This document shows, piece by piece, positions 1-13,303 of a stretch of 64,000 bases of DNA (the first letter of the stretch is position 1; each line of letters opens with the position of its first letter). Under the pieces are notes generated by a model. The model made no database searches. It saw only the letters and a program-made list of their open reading frames with translations, and was not told the origin of the DNA. The DNA is from the human T2T-CHM13v2.0 reference genome, Homo sapiens: the NCBI RefSeq assembly GCF_009914755.1, contig NC_060926.1; one strand, 5' to 3'. Both the position numbers and the translations under genes were made by a program.

Positions 1-116
1 GATAATTTGTTGAGGGCCTACTTTAGGGAAGAAGATGAGAGTGACCATCCTGCTTCTACTGTTTTCTCAAATGCCAAGGTGCCATATTTTGAGATTGTGT
101 GTTCTGCACCCCATCA
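1..116 (-). mobile_element. Terminal fragment of an ERV1-type LTR (MER31/MER67-like), cut by the window edge
   Basis: 'gccaaggtgccatattttgagattgtgtgttctgcaccccatca' resembles the end of these LTRs and terminates in CA. Confidence 0.45.
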
Positions 117-449
117 GTGGCCTTTGCTAGGACACTGGATAGGTTGGTTGGCTATAGTTCTCAATTGTTCTTATGCATATGGGAATCCAGGAAACCAAGC
201 TGAGATTAAGGAAAGAAAAGCCCTTAAGAGTGAATCTTTGAGTATTAAATTCTACATGTATCAGCATTCAAAAATGTGAAAGGAGAGCTTGCTAATTATT
301 TCAGCAGTGAAATAAGCAACAGTCAACCTGGTTTATTCATGTAGGTTGGAGTTGACAGTCAAATGAAATCCCAGTGAAAACTCAGGAAAGAAATTCAAGA
401 TCAACTTTGTTTTTCTACAAATCAAAAAGACATTAAAAAATGTAACAGT

Positions 450-832
<383 letters not shown>

Positions 833-1549
833 TTACACAGACCCTTATGAACACAAATTAAAGATAATGTATACAGCATTGAGCTTTTGGAATTCTAAGT
901 AGTTGTTCTCATTATATCTTGTCTGAGCATCAGTGTGATTAAAGCAATTGATTTTTCCTTTATCATTTCATCTTTTTATCCTTCATCAGTAACCTCTTAT
1001 AATCTTTATTCACTGCTATAAACAAAGACAATGTCTTGACTTCATAAAACCGATACCTTTTTTCCTTGGTTTTATTTTAGAGCTAGTTTTGGCCCATGAT
1101 GAATTGCTGAATGGTTGATTTCCTGACACTCCTTTTTGCTAACCTTTCTTGACAGCTTCTGGATTGCTCTACCTAGTAATTTGTTCCACAATAATGGCTA
1201 CTGTGAGATGTCTCCTATTTCCTTTATTTTTAACAAGGATTCTTAACACCCTCTGTAGGTAACAATATGCAATTACAGATATAAAGTGTTCCCCAGGGGA
1301 TGGCTGCTCACAGATGCCACTAAGAATTTTGTAATGCAACTGTTAAAGATAATGAAAACAAAGAATCAGATTATCCAAACATCCAGTTCAAATCAAATTT
1401 TAATTAAAAGTTATGAAGGCATTTTATTGATTAACAATTTTAGTAATTAAAGAGTGTGGTTGACATTTTTTTTTCCAGTTAGATTTGTTCTTCCTTTGAG
1501 ATTTCTAATTGTTGTATGGTTTTACATTTATTGATAACTCTGTTTGATG

Positions 1550-2430
1550 AATGCAGATGCCACCTTTTACGGCCATCGTTGACAGAGTAATCATATTGTG
1601 AGAAACACCAGGCTTATGTAGTAACAGCTGTTGCAGTTATCCATGCTGACATCCATCGGGGAAATGTGTTTGCTGCTATCATGGGTACACGATAAATGGA
1701 AGGTGCAATAAAAGCACAAGCTAACATTTTGAATATCCTTACAACTCTGGGAACTTTATTGCATATTACAAGCACTTTGATCTCTGTCCAGTACTTAAGT
1801 CTTAATTATCAGACTAATTGCACAGACTATGTTCATTTTCAGTGGTAATCCTTTTGTGATTAGCTTCTGTGTTCAATAACTGACTTATCTTTTAATTAAA
1901 AGGACTGTTAACCTTAAGGCTGCTGCTGTGTCTTGGGATTAACCCATACAGAGTTAATGTTTAATATCATTGTAAAAGCTTTTGCTGAAAGGTGTAGCAT
2001 AAAAATGTGTAGAGGGAAAGCCATGAAATGTATCTCACTTTTCTGATGTGCAGAAAAGCCCTGCTAAAGATGAGAGTTTTAACAAATCCTCCTTGTAGAT
2101 TAAATTTCCGAAGGGCCTACCTAACTGTGCGTGGCCACTGGATTAACCCTTTGAACCCTATTCTCATTTACAGAAAGGGAGCACTTAACTTCAGGATAAG
2201 GCACAGTTTTTTCTCAATTTTTGAAATCATTATATGTGTACGTGATCAGGGTGCTTAGCTGCTGGGAGTCCAGAATAGAGAATTTCTTTTTCTTTCTTTC
2301 TTTCTTTTTATCCCTACAGCTGAAAGTTTTTTGATATTGATTTCTTTGGAAAGGTTCACAGCAGCTTGAAAATAGACATAACAGTGGCACCTTTTTCCAT
2401 GTTCCAAGCAATGTGTGATCAAAGTGAGTA
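1550..2430. promoter_or_regulatory. Candidate developmental enhancer
   Basis: No recognisable repeat; TAATCC/GGATTA at 1846, 1936, 2140; TCF/LEF-type sites at 1775, 2149, 2418; SOX CATTGT at 1968; several TAATT cores. Confidence 0.5.
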
Positions 2431-3234
2431 AAACAGTTCACAGGTAACTAGTGAAACGATTAAGGAGCAGATGCAGGGATAATCAGTACCAAAGTGTGGA
2501 GAGCTTGCCAAAAAGCCAGATGCAGCTGCTGAAAACACTCTGTTTCTTCTTCACTTTGGCATCTGGGTTCTACAATGAACATTTTTCCCCAGTGTGCCCA
2601 ATGACACAGGGTCTATTGCTGTGCCGGTCACTTAGGATGAAGGAGAAAAATGGTTTCTCCACTTCCTCCTTCTCTTGCTCATATCCCTGCCTCCCAGAGG
2701 TACAGGCCCTTCATTGATTTCTAACCCCGGATGTCTTCACATGTAAGATGCAGGCCTCTGGGACTAAGGAGCTGCAGGGATGCCTCTATTCTAAAGCTCC
2801 TAGGCCAGCAAGTGACCCAGTAGATGCTATTCTGTCTCTGTCCTCTTCCAAATTTTACTTCTTCTATCAGTAATGCAAAAGACTAGCCTGACAAGAATTT
2901 TCCTTCAATAGTGCATGTTTTTAAGGAATTTGGTGATAACATGAACTATTTACCAAATAAGCAGTGTATTCTTGCACTCTGTGATGAAGTAGGCAGTGAG
3001 AACCTGCCCTCTTGAAGCTTAGAGTCTAGCTAGTAGGATAGTAACTGCTTCCAACACGCTACACTCATTGCTAGGGAGGGTAGCATAGCAAAGGGATTGA
3101 TCATACCTGAATAGATTGTTTTCTTCCTAGGTTTAGAATTCACTGGCTATTTTGTTCTTAATAATGAATAGGGAGTTTGCATGTGATGAGTAGGGCTTGT
3201 ATAATTTTATCAATGTTAGTAGGGAGAAAGTCTA

Positions 3235-3460
3235 CCCAGGTGGTTTAGCGCATCAGCTCTGGAGCTAGATACCAATTCAATCCCAGCTCCATCAATTACC
3301 AGCTGTGTGACCATGGACAAGTTACTCCTTTATGGAATTTTGGATTCCTCAATTATAGAATGGGGATAATACTAGTGTTGTTGTAAAAAATGAATGAGAT
3401 GGCATATGTGAACATTTAGCACAATATCTGATGCATAGTGTTTAATAAATGGTGGCTATC
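3235..3460 (+). mobile_element. MIR SINE
   Basis: Core 'tcaatcccagctcc...agctgtgtgacc..ggacaagttact' and 'tggggataata'. Confidence 0.75.
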
Positions 3461-3589
3461 ACTATCCAAATTTAACTATACCTTGATACAGCAACTGGTA
3501 GCTACAAAATGAGTAGAAGTGTATTACATACAATAATTGTGATGATAATACTTGCTTATAATTCTGCCCTACAGATCTCTATTGATCTT

Positions 3590-3720
3590 GACAGGATTAT
3601 CATGAAATAGGCTACTTGACTAATGAGGAAACTGAGGCTTGGGGTAGATACGTGGCTCGCTCAGGTTCACATGTTGGAAATGCGGGACTTAGAACTCAAA
3701 CTAGAGTCTCCAAGCACTTC
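3590..3720 (-). mobile_element. MIR fragment
   Basis: 'tgaggaaactgaggct' core. Confidence 0.6.
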
Positions 3721-4272
3721 ATTGCTAGAAATTCTGTTAAAAGAAGAGGGAGCCACATGGTTCAGGAGGTTTCATTCTTTTTCAGGTTTTCTTGCTAACT
3801 CACAGCCCAATGACTTATCTCCTTTTCTCTCAAGGCATTAAACTTTTCCTAAATAAAGTAACTTAAGTGTATTTATTAATTACATATTGACTATATAAAA
3901 TCATGGTAATTTATTGTAATTAAAGAATGCATTTATATTTCTAAGGTTCAAAAATCTATCCTGCTGCCAGTATGCATTTCCAAATATATTTCAAAAGAGT
4001 TTGCAAATGAATCTGCATTTAGTAGAGAAATTCTAATTATGCATTTAATTCTTACAGCAAATCTACATTAATTATATGAGATTAACTTATATCAATTAAA
4101 ATTTATCAAAGCTCAAACTGTCTTGGAAGGAAGTGACACATGAAAAATTGTGTTATTTGTAATATTACATGGTTATGTATTATGTTGTTTTAAAAACAGA
4201 GCTAGAATGCTATGATCCATATTCTTCTATTGTTAAGGAGCACATGTGAAGGAGTTTTTTAAATAAAAAAAG

Positions 4273-5148
4273 CTTAGTCCTTTTTATTTAAAAACTTTAA
4301 TATCCCATTTCATCTAAAACGTTCCGCTTCCCTCCATACAGACTAGCCTTGGGACTCGAATAGCTTGGACTAAGTGTGTTATTGAACTGTAGATCATGTT
4401 TTCATAAAAGAAAAGTGGCCCAGCATAACACTGGGTAGAAACGAACATGTCTAAGACAACATCCTAAGGTAATTTATTAGCCCTAACAATTTCAGAGTTG
4501 GGAGTAGGAGGTTGAAATATATTGACACACATATATAGGAAAATGGCTGGAAGTTTTAAGAATAGATTCTACAAGCTAAATATATGTCTACACTTCAATT
4601 TCTGCTTACAATCTTAAGTAAAGATGAAGATACTATGATATATTTTAAAAGTAAGTTGCAGTTGCCACAATAAACAGCCAACCTCTAATAGTACAGGACG
4701 CGAATAGCCATATTAGAGAAAACCTGCCTAAAAGTGGCTATATTTTAAAAGGTTGTATTCTATGTGTGGCTCAAAGGTTTTTTTTCTTGTATGTGTGTGT
4801 GTAGAGGGTAGTCTCTCTACTATCTTTCTTAGTGTTTGAATCACACATCTTATTTATGTGGTGTGATTGAGGAATTTCAACTCATTCAGCTATAAACTGC
4901 CATCACAGAGCTCTGTACTGCAACCACTGCTGTCATGGGCTCTTGCTATTTCCTGCATAGGAGCTGCCTTGATAATGGCTCCCTCTGATTCTCAACCTTT
5001 TCAGTCACCTTTATTATAATTAGTAAAGTGGTCTCATTTTTGTTATTAAAACTTAGTCCTTTTTACTTAAAAATTTTAACATCTCATTTGATGTAAAACA
5101 TTCCTCTTCCATCCATACAGACTGGCCTTGGGACTCAAACAGCTTGGA
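4273..5148 (+). repeat. Dispersed direct repeat of about 97 bp (4273-4369 and 5052-5148)
   Basis: Ungapped manual alignment cttagtcctttt...agcttgga, about 12 mismatches. Confidence 0.9.
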
Positions 5149-5155
5149 GTGACTC

Positions 5156-5174
5156 TGTGTGTGTGTGTGTGTGT
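5156..5174 (+). repeat. (TG)n microsatellite
   Basis: Direct observation. Confidence 0.9.
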
Positions 5175-5629
5175 TGCACGGTTAGCTCTGTCACATACCA
5201 CTTTGTCTCTTTCTTGCTCTTATTCCTCTGGTGTAGGGGCAAGGAGGAACAAAAGAACAAAATCATGTCCTTGTAACTCTGGCGCTCAAGGTGTCTTGTC
5301 AGTTGTACTTGCTGTTTCCATCGAAGCACATCCCACATTTGACCCCTTTCTTATCACTGTTGCTCCTTCTCTGTGATGGATCAACCGTCCAAATGCTGGT
5401 CTCTTGTGTGGCTGTTAGGGGGTGCTTTGATGAGTTCTTCTGAGGGCTGAAAGGTGCCTTCACCTGAAGAGTCCTCTGTAAGAGTCTGAGAGCCCCCTTA
5501 GGCTTGGCCTCTTGCTTTGTCCCTCAGCCCTTGTCCCAGACTGTCCTCTCAGTGGATGGTCTTCCTTTATCCTTTCAGCAGGACATCAGATGTCCTTGAG
5601 AACATCCAGAATTACTGACTGGCAGCATC

Positions 5630-5791
5630 GGGATGTTCCAAGCCTGTTCTGATTTTTCCCTGCCTCAAAACATGGAACCATCTATCCTCCAAGTAGTTCT
5701 GATTCTTTCTAATAAAGAACAGTATCGGAGACTAAAGTCTGAGTACTCTGGGATGCTCCAAGTCTGTTCTGATTTTTCCCTGCCTCAAAAC
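5630..5791 (+). repeat. 42-bp direct repeat, period 120 (5630-5671 and 5750-5791)
   Basis: gggatg(t/c)tccaag(c/t)ctgttctgatttttccctgcctcaaaac twice, 2 mismatches. Confidence 0.9.
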
Positions 5792-5981
5792 TTGAGAGTT
5801 GAGCAAAGATGCTGCGGCTTCTCTCGGGACATCTTTAGTGGTAGAGCTGGAAAAATGTTTCTTTTTAAAGGAATTCTAACTTATTTCTAAACTTTGTTTT
5901 AATATAAATAATTTCATTTTCTCTATCACATTCTTACTTTACATGTTAACTTTTCAACTAAACTGTAATTCTGTCTTTTAA

Positions 5982-6366
<385 letters not shown>

Positions 6367-8579
6367 TAAAACGTAAGAGGGAATAATACAGTAACATGTA
6401 AATATGTAATAAATATATAATGTATACTAAATGTAGAAATATGTAGTAAGTATTTCATGTTAAAACTATTTATTTGTGGACTTAAGCAGAAAACAGCCAG
6501 ATAATGGAGAGTTCTAATGAACTTCCTTGATCCTTAAATAAAGATTTCTTATTGCTACAGACACAAATAACGAGGAATTTTCATTGTAAGTTCATTTTAT
6601 TTTTGTTGGCTGCTGATGGACAGACTGAAGGTCTACTTCTCATCTTTTCAGTCCTCTTTTGGCATTAATGAGGCTCCACAAATAGAAGAATTTCAAATGG
6701 CCATAGCCACGGTCAGCCTTTGGCAAGGTTTAGATGGAATTAAGTCTCAATGAATACTGCCTAACAGTGGCAGAGCCTACTTATTTCTATGCTTCTATAA
6801 TGTTTTTTAGCTTGTACATTTCTCCTGCCATTACCTTACTTCGACGTTTGTTACCTCTACCTCAATTTTTGCAATCGTTTTCCTGTTCAGATGTGCCAGT
6901 TTTCTTTTTGACTATGACTAGTTAAAATTTATCCATCTGTTTAAGGGTTTTATAAAATTGCAATGATTATATTCATTTCCAGGATTTCTGAATCTTCTTT
7001 TAAATATCCCTGCACTTGATTCAGAGCTGCCTGCTTTATTTTATAACCTACTGTTGTTTTAAAAGAAAATATATCTGAGGATCTCACAAATGTTCTTTTA
7101 AAATTACTCTATTGTTTCAATTTCCAAAATAAAAGTAAATTCTTCTGTCCCTTGAGTTTGTTGACTGTCTTTCATTGGGTGAATTTTTCTTTATGTGCTT
7201 TGTAACTCTCATTTGCAAACTCATTTTAAGTGGAAATTTGATTTTGTTTGTATTTGTTCTCTTCCTGAGCTCAGCCTTTCTTTTAGTGATTTTGTAGCTG
7301 TCTCCTGCAGACTCCAGCCCATAACCAGGTCTTAAGTTATGTGAGCAACTTAGAGCTGTTACCCTGGGGGGATGTTGCTCATTCATCCCAGAACCTCAAC
7401 TTCTGTTCCTGGGATGGGCAACCCCATCCAATCTCTGATTCCCTTCCCCTTGTGGGAAATGTTCAGTCTTCCTTCCCCCTCATGAATTTAATTCCCCTTC
7501 TATTCTCATTGTCAAGATATTTGTCTTGATTTTGAGTATAACTCTGCCTTTTAAAAATTTTCTCTTCTTATTTTTATCTCTTTCTTTCTTGTTTCGAGGT
7601 CATAGTGATAGTGGTGGTGAGGTAGAGCCGAGGGGTGTTTGGTGTGAGCTACTCCACTCTCTTGACCAGAAATCCCTACACTTAAATTCATAATTGGTAT
7701 TCCTACCTCTAGTTCTTCTCCATTTTCATTTATACATTATGCTACTGTAAGATTCAAATTCTTAAGGCATCAGTTTTGATCTCTACATTACACCTCTTAA
7801 AAACCTTAAATGTTTCCCCACTGGCTATCAAGAAAAATGCTCTAGTGTATTGTAATTATGTATAACATTGACTGTTGGTTTAAGATTACAGAATTATTTC
7901 TAAACTTCATAATTTTTAAAATTATAATAACTAACAGACCTATTTTTTTTTTCAATTTAAGACCACGAACTTCACCCAAAATAGTTGTTACTAAATATCA
8001 AAGAAAGACAAAAGTTTTCTTTTTATTTTTCACTGGTATAATTTACAATGAGCTCTGATTATTTTTTCTACCTTAATTTATTAGAACTATACAGAAATAT
8101 AATTATTATCTACCCACTGCTAATTTGGCATTTCTTTTGATTTATTTTCTAGTGTTTATAATGGATAATAGTGATTGATTTATACTTTCTTGGCCACATA
8201 TAGAGGTAAGACTTAGGGACATAGTGTATGTTATGGATCAAATTAAAGTTACTGGTTTAAATGAGATTAGACTCCTGAATTTGACATCACTTATATGTTG
8301 CTCCATCTCAGACTTATGCACTTTGTGGTAATCAGGAAAAACATGGTGATTTACCTAGAAGGCCGCTGGGGTTTGCTTGATGTCAAAGGGATGTCCTGAA
8401 TAGCTGTGTAACTGTGCCCCGTAGAGAGTGTTTGGCTGGAGCCATTGCCATCCAGGGTGTGATTCTCAGCTTTTCAGGTTTGCAGACTTGATTTTGTCAG
8501 TATACCTAGAGTTCTTCCTGCTTAGGGGAATTAATGTACTCTAAGGAAGCCATAGGCGGCTTGGTAAGCACATCAGTAT

Positions 8580-8745
8580 TGAAGGTAGACAGATGATATG
8601 AATATGAATCTTGGCTCTGCTACTTACTGTACAAATACTTAGCGTATCTGAGCCTCAACTTTATCATCTCCACAATGGGAATAGGTGAGAGTGTTTACCT
8701 TTCAGGGTTGTTGTAAAGCCTAGAGATAATATATGTAAGTAAAGC
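8580..8745 (+). mobile_element. MIR
   Basis: 'gaatcttggctctgctacttact...ctgagcctca' and 'cagggttgttgtaa'. Confidence 0.7.
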
Positions 8746-9249
8746 ATCTGGGATCGAGGCTACATCCTTGCTTTACGTGGCTCTTCCTTCCCATGACCCA
8801 AATTCCAAGTAACTTACTGAAAGGAGAAGTCCAGAACCTATCTTCTCATTGGCTTGGGGCTGTATTTGAGGTTTTAGTCTCATCCTCTTTTCCTGCCTAG
8901 ACTCCCTGTATGCTGCCTCCTTTACTTCATACCTGATTCTCTCTCTCTGTCTAACATCTATAGATGACTATTCATTAGATATTCTCCCTGGATTTTCATT
9001 TGCTGTGTTCCTAAGATCTCCTCTCATCACCTCCCCAAACCATTTCCATGAACACAGTCCTTGGACAAAAGATGTGTCACTCCGGTGTCTGAGCTCGGGA
9101 GTATTCATGCCCAGCCTATGCCCAGGACCCTAATTATGTTGCATAGCAATACACATTTATCAATGGTGGGAGGCCTGAACATTTCCAGAAGGTTATGAAC
9201 CCACTCTGGATGTCCCTGGTGGTTCCCCAACACTAGTGTCTCCTGTCCT

Positions 9250-9690
9250 TTTTCAGCCTCCTTGGATGACTGCTTTTCCTGGGCTACCTCCTTAAACGTG
9301 CCCCCAGAGTTCTGCTCTTCTGCATTGCTCTTTCTTTAAACACACCCTGGAAACTCATTTATACATACCCCAGAAACTCATGTCTTACTCTTTCTTTACA
9401 CACACCCCAGAAACCTCTCACTCACTTCTAATGGCTCCAGCACTAACTATGTGCTATCAGCTTCCAAGTCTGCATCTCCAGCTCCTACCTTTCTCCTGAA
9501 CTCTAGGCTCAAATATCTAACTGATTACTTCATCTAAAAGTCCCACTGGCATCTTAACCTCAATATGTGCTAAGCATATCTCACTCACCCATCTCAAACC
9601 ACCTTAATGCTGCATATACTTAGTTTTCTAGGTTAGAAACATGGAATGATTCTAGACTTTCCCTCTCTCACCCTGTTTGACTCCTCCTCC
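9250..9690 (+). mobile_element. L2 LINE fragment
   Basis: 'atctccagctcctacctttctcctgaactctaggctcaaatatctaactg...ggcatcttaacctcaatatg' matches a typical L2 segment. Confidence 0.7.
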
Positions 9691-12440
9691 TATCAGAATC
9701 TGGCCAGTCACCATGGCTTTTTATACAGCATGCCCCATTACACTCACATAGTTCAGTATCTAGTGTTCATCACTGAGTGTCTAACAAGCTTCCAGAGAGA
9801 AAGCTTTGTGCATAGTATTTATTATTTTATTCATGAATAAAAATTGGAAATATTATGACCACGTTAATTACATATATTGCTTTAAAGACCTAAGGTACCT
9901 GTTTTTCCACAAGGCTTTTGATTACTACTGTGATTACTGGAACATCTCAGAAGAAGGACCCTTAATCAAGGAGATTTATGACCAAATTTTAATGATCTTG
10001 GTTAGAAGGCCAAAAAAAAAAAGCACAAGAAATGAGAATAATGAAATGACCCCAAAGTCTCATATTAGGCAATAACTTCAATCCTCTTTCCCTCTGAATG
10101 TTTTATCAGCAGAGGCATCATGTGAGGAAGCTGTTATTGGCTTGAATTTCTGCCTCTTGTATTCCTCAAAGCAAATGAGCAGTGAAGTAGACAAGAGACC
10201 ATAATTCCCATAGTCAAGGTAAGAGGAAGAAGCAAGAAACCCAAATAATTTAAAAACTAGATAAGACTCTGCATGTTCCAGTGAAAGAGAAATCAAGGCT
10301 TGAGGCGCATCAGTCTTTGTGCTTTTGTTTCACTTATACTTATCCCACTAAGTGGCATAGTGATGACTGAGTTTCTGGGCTATAGTTCTAAGATTTAAAA
10401 TACTCATCTGTAGTGGTTTTCCCTGTGACTATTTATATTTTGGTCATTTGTACAATGAAGAGAAATGCTGTCCCAACAACTTAGACCCTTGTCATAACGT
10501 CAGGAGCCTTAGGCAAGATGAGAAAAGGTCAGTCAGAAAAGGAAATAGCATCTATTATTGGACAAGGGCCAGCCGTTTCAATGGGAAAATTGAATAAGAC
10601 ATTGCCATGGTGCCAAATCCTTCCCTTGGTTAATCTCATGTGAAGACATTGATTTCAAGTGCATGGGAATGAAAGTGCAAAATGTAGCCATTTAGAGCTG
10701 CTTTATCCATCATTATCTCAGACTTCATGATGAGGCTTATAAGCTTGGTGTAGGCATTAAACCAGTCCCTATCATTTCTCTTCTACCACTTTCCTTGATT
10801 TCTTACTGGTTTAGCCCAATAATCTGGATAGGAGCTCCCTTAATATACCTGCTCTGTTAAGCAACAACCTGATGTGAATGCCTCTAGGTTTACTGATTTC
10901 CCCACTCCCTAAAAATAAGATGATAAATACTACATTTGAGACCTGTCTTTATTTAGTATTTTGTTTGTTTATATTCTGGCAGAATATTCATATAAAGGGC
11001 CCCACAATGTGGAAGAAACTGCTGTATTGCATTTTGAATGCATGGTATTGATTGCCAGAGAATCAGTTAAATTGCAGTATGAATAATGATTGGCACTGGC
11101 CTTAACCCTTTTGGCAAAAATTGCTTATTTGTCATCCTGGCTTATGGAAGAGATAAACAATTGCTTGCTGATGATCTAACGGATCAACTGTGAGTATCAT
11201 TTGGCATGTCAGATGAGAGCTAATTTAATGAGCTGCAGTTTCTGCCAATTACCTGGGAACAAATCCCTCCACAAGCTATTCTGAACGTCATCAAAATGTT
11301 TAACCAAATTCTCACTTGTGGCAGGTAAGATGATTGGGTGTTTGATTAGCCAACATGCTATCGATATTATCTCACATGCATTTGTCCTGTCTACTTATCC
11401 AATCACCTTCATTCTTTAACAATGACAAATTATAATACATAGCCATCCAATTCTTTATTTTAAATTACTCTGTTTAGTATGTGTATTAACTGTAAAACAG
11501 AAACATCCCATGTGTGTAGGTTTGTGAATTACAGATCAGTTTATTTGTGTGGTGTGTGATCTTGTTAGCTGGCTGAAATAGGAAAAAGTGACTTTATTCA
11601 TGCACGGTTTGAATGCCTACGAAGAAACTCTCTAGCGAGAGCAGGAAATTGAACGAGCCTAGGAAGGGCTTCATATGAAAAGAGGGAATCTTTGGAAATG
11701 AGGTCTGTGAACTAGCATTAATAGGGCAAAGGAAAGAGATGGACAATGGGAGGATGGAGTGTGAAGAAAGGCAAGCACCAGGGCTGGGGGAAGGCAGAGG
11801 AGGCCTATGGATCATCCGAGGGAGGAAGGAGGGGAGCAAAGGCCTGGGTCACCCAGGACACATGAAGCCTACCTGGTTGAGGGAGGCTTCATGTATCCTC
11901 AGCTTCACCATCTTCCCTTCACAAATCCTCCCTGGATTTCTGTGAGTTTCAGAAATTGCACTTCCCTGGCATCCCTTCCTGGCTCTATCCTTCTGTCTCT
12001 GGCTCTTGCATTTGCATGCATCTGGGGCTCTGGTCCCACTGTCACATCAACGTAAACATGAAGCCCAGTGTGTTGACAATTAATCCACATGCACAAAGCA
12101 TTTTGTGATGTCAGCAGGTTTACCTCCTGCTGTCCACCTTGCTATTGCCTCTACTCTTCCTTCTTCCTCGCTCATCCTTCTCTCTTGAGCAACCCATCCT
12201 TCCTCTGTTTCCAGAACAGGCCTGGAGGGCAGGGGAAGGGAAGCTCAGCAGCTTCTGCCTCAAGAAACCTTATCAGGGAGTTTGTGACATAGGCGCCTCT
12301 CTCCCAGAAGAGGATTTCTCAGGGTGATTGCTAAGAGAACATTTTCACCATCTTTTACATTCTGCCATGAGAAAAAAATATTTCCATTCTTGCTAATTTA
12401 CTGCGCAAACTGTCTAAGGCACATGGAAGAAGACAGAACC

Positions 12441-13303
12441 TGAGCTGTTTTTACCCACAACACCTCTGACACCAAATGTCTGGGGGCTTTCCACACCCAG
12501 CTATTCTCTAATTCTCTGATTACATCAATGAGGTGTCATAATTTAATTCAATTCTGAACGAACTACCTGGAATTAGAGCAGCCTCTGCAAGTTTAAGGAC
12601 TCAGTCCCACAAGACTGCCCCTCACTTCAGATGCCAATCTCAAGTCCAGGGATTCCTATACTTCTCGCCAGCTGGTTATAAACTGGGAGTTCCCATGACT
12701 CGCTCCTCAGGTTCAACACTTTCATAGAATGACTCAGAGAACTCAGGAAAACACTTTACTTCCTATTACCAGTTATTATAATGGATACAACTCAGGAAGA
12801 GTGAAATGGAAGAGATGCATAGGGCAAGGTCAGGGGGAGGAGGGTGGGAAGTCGGACCTTCCATGCCCCCTCCAGGCACACAGCTCTCCCAGTACCTTGA
12901 TGTGCTTGCCAACCTGAAAACTCTCTGAACCCCATATATATATATTTTTAAGTAAAGGTATCATTATATTGTCACTATTGATTAAATCACTGACGGTTGA
13001 TGATAAACTCAATCTTCAGCCCCTCTTCCCTCCCCAGACGTCAGGTGGTGGGCTGAAAGTTCCAATCTTCTAATCATGCCTAGGTCTTTCTAGTGATCAG
13101 CCCTCATCCTGAAGTCTCCTAGGGGCCTGAGCCACCAGTCATCACTTTGGAGAGCATACAAAAGACACTTATCACTTAAGAGAGTCCAAGAATTTTAGGA
13201 GCATACAAAAGACACTCATCACTTTGGCGAGTCCAAGCATTTTAGGAGCTGTGAGCCAGTAACTAGAGACAAAGACCAAATATCTGTTTCCCATTGTACC
13301 ACA
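12441..13303 (-). mobile_element. MER21-family solo LTR
   Basis: 'cagtcccacaagactgcccc..cacttcagatgccaat', 'gacaaagaccaaatat'; TG...CA ends; flanking gaacc/gaact. Confidence 0.8.

Noticed and set aside
5630-5791. CRISPR-like repeat-spacer-repeat
   Set aside because: Primate DNA, only two copies, no cas genes
10110-10218. Possible exon (ttttatcag ... AAG|GTAAGA)
   Set aside because: Splice-like motifs only; no coding signal or partner exon
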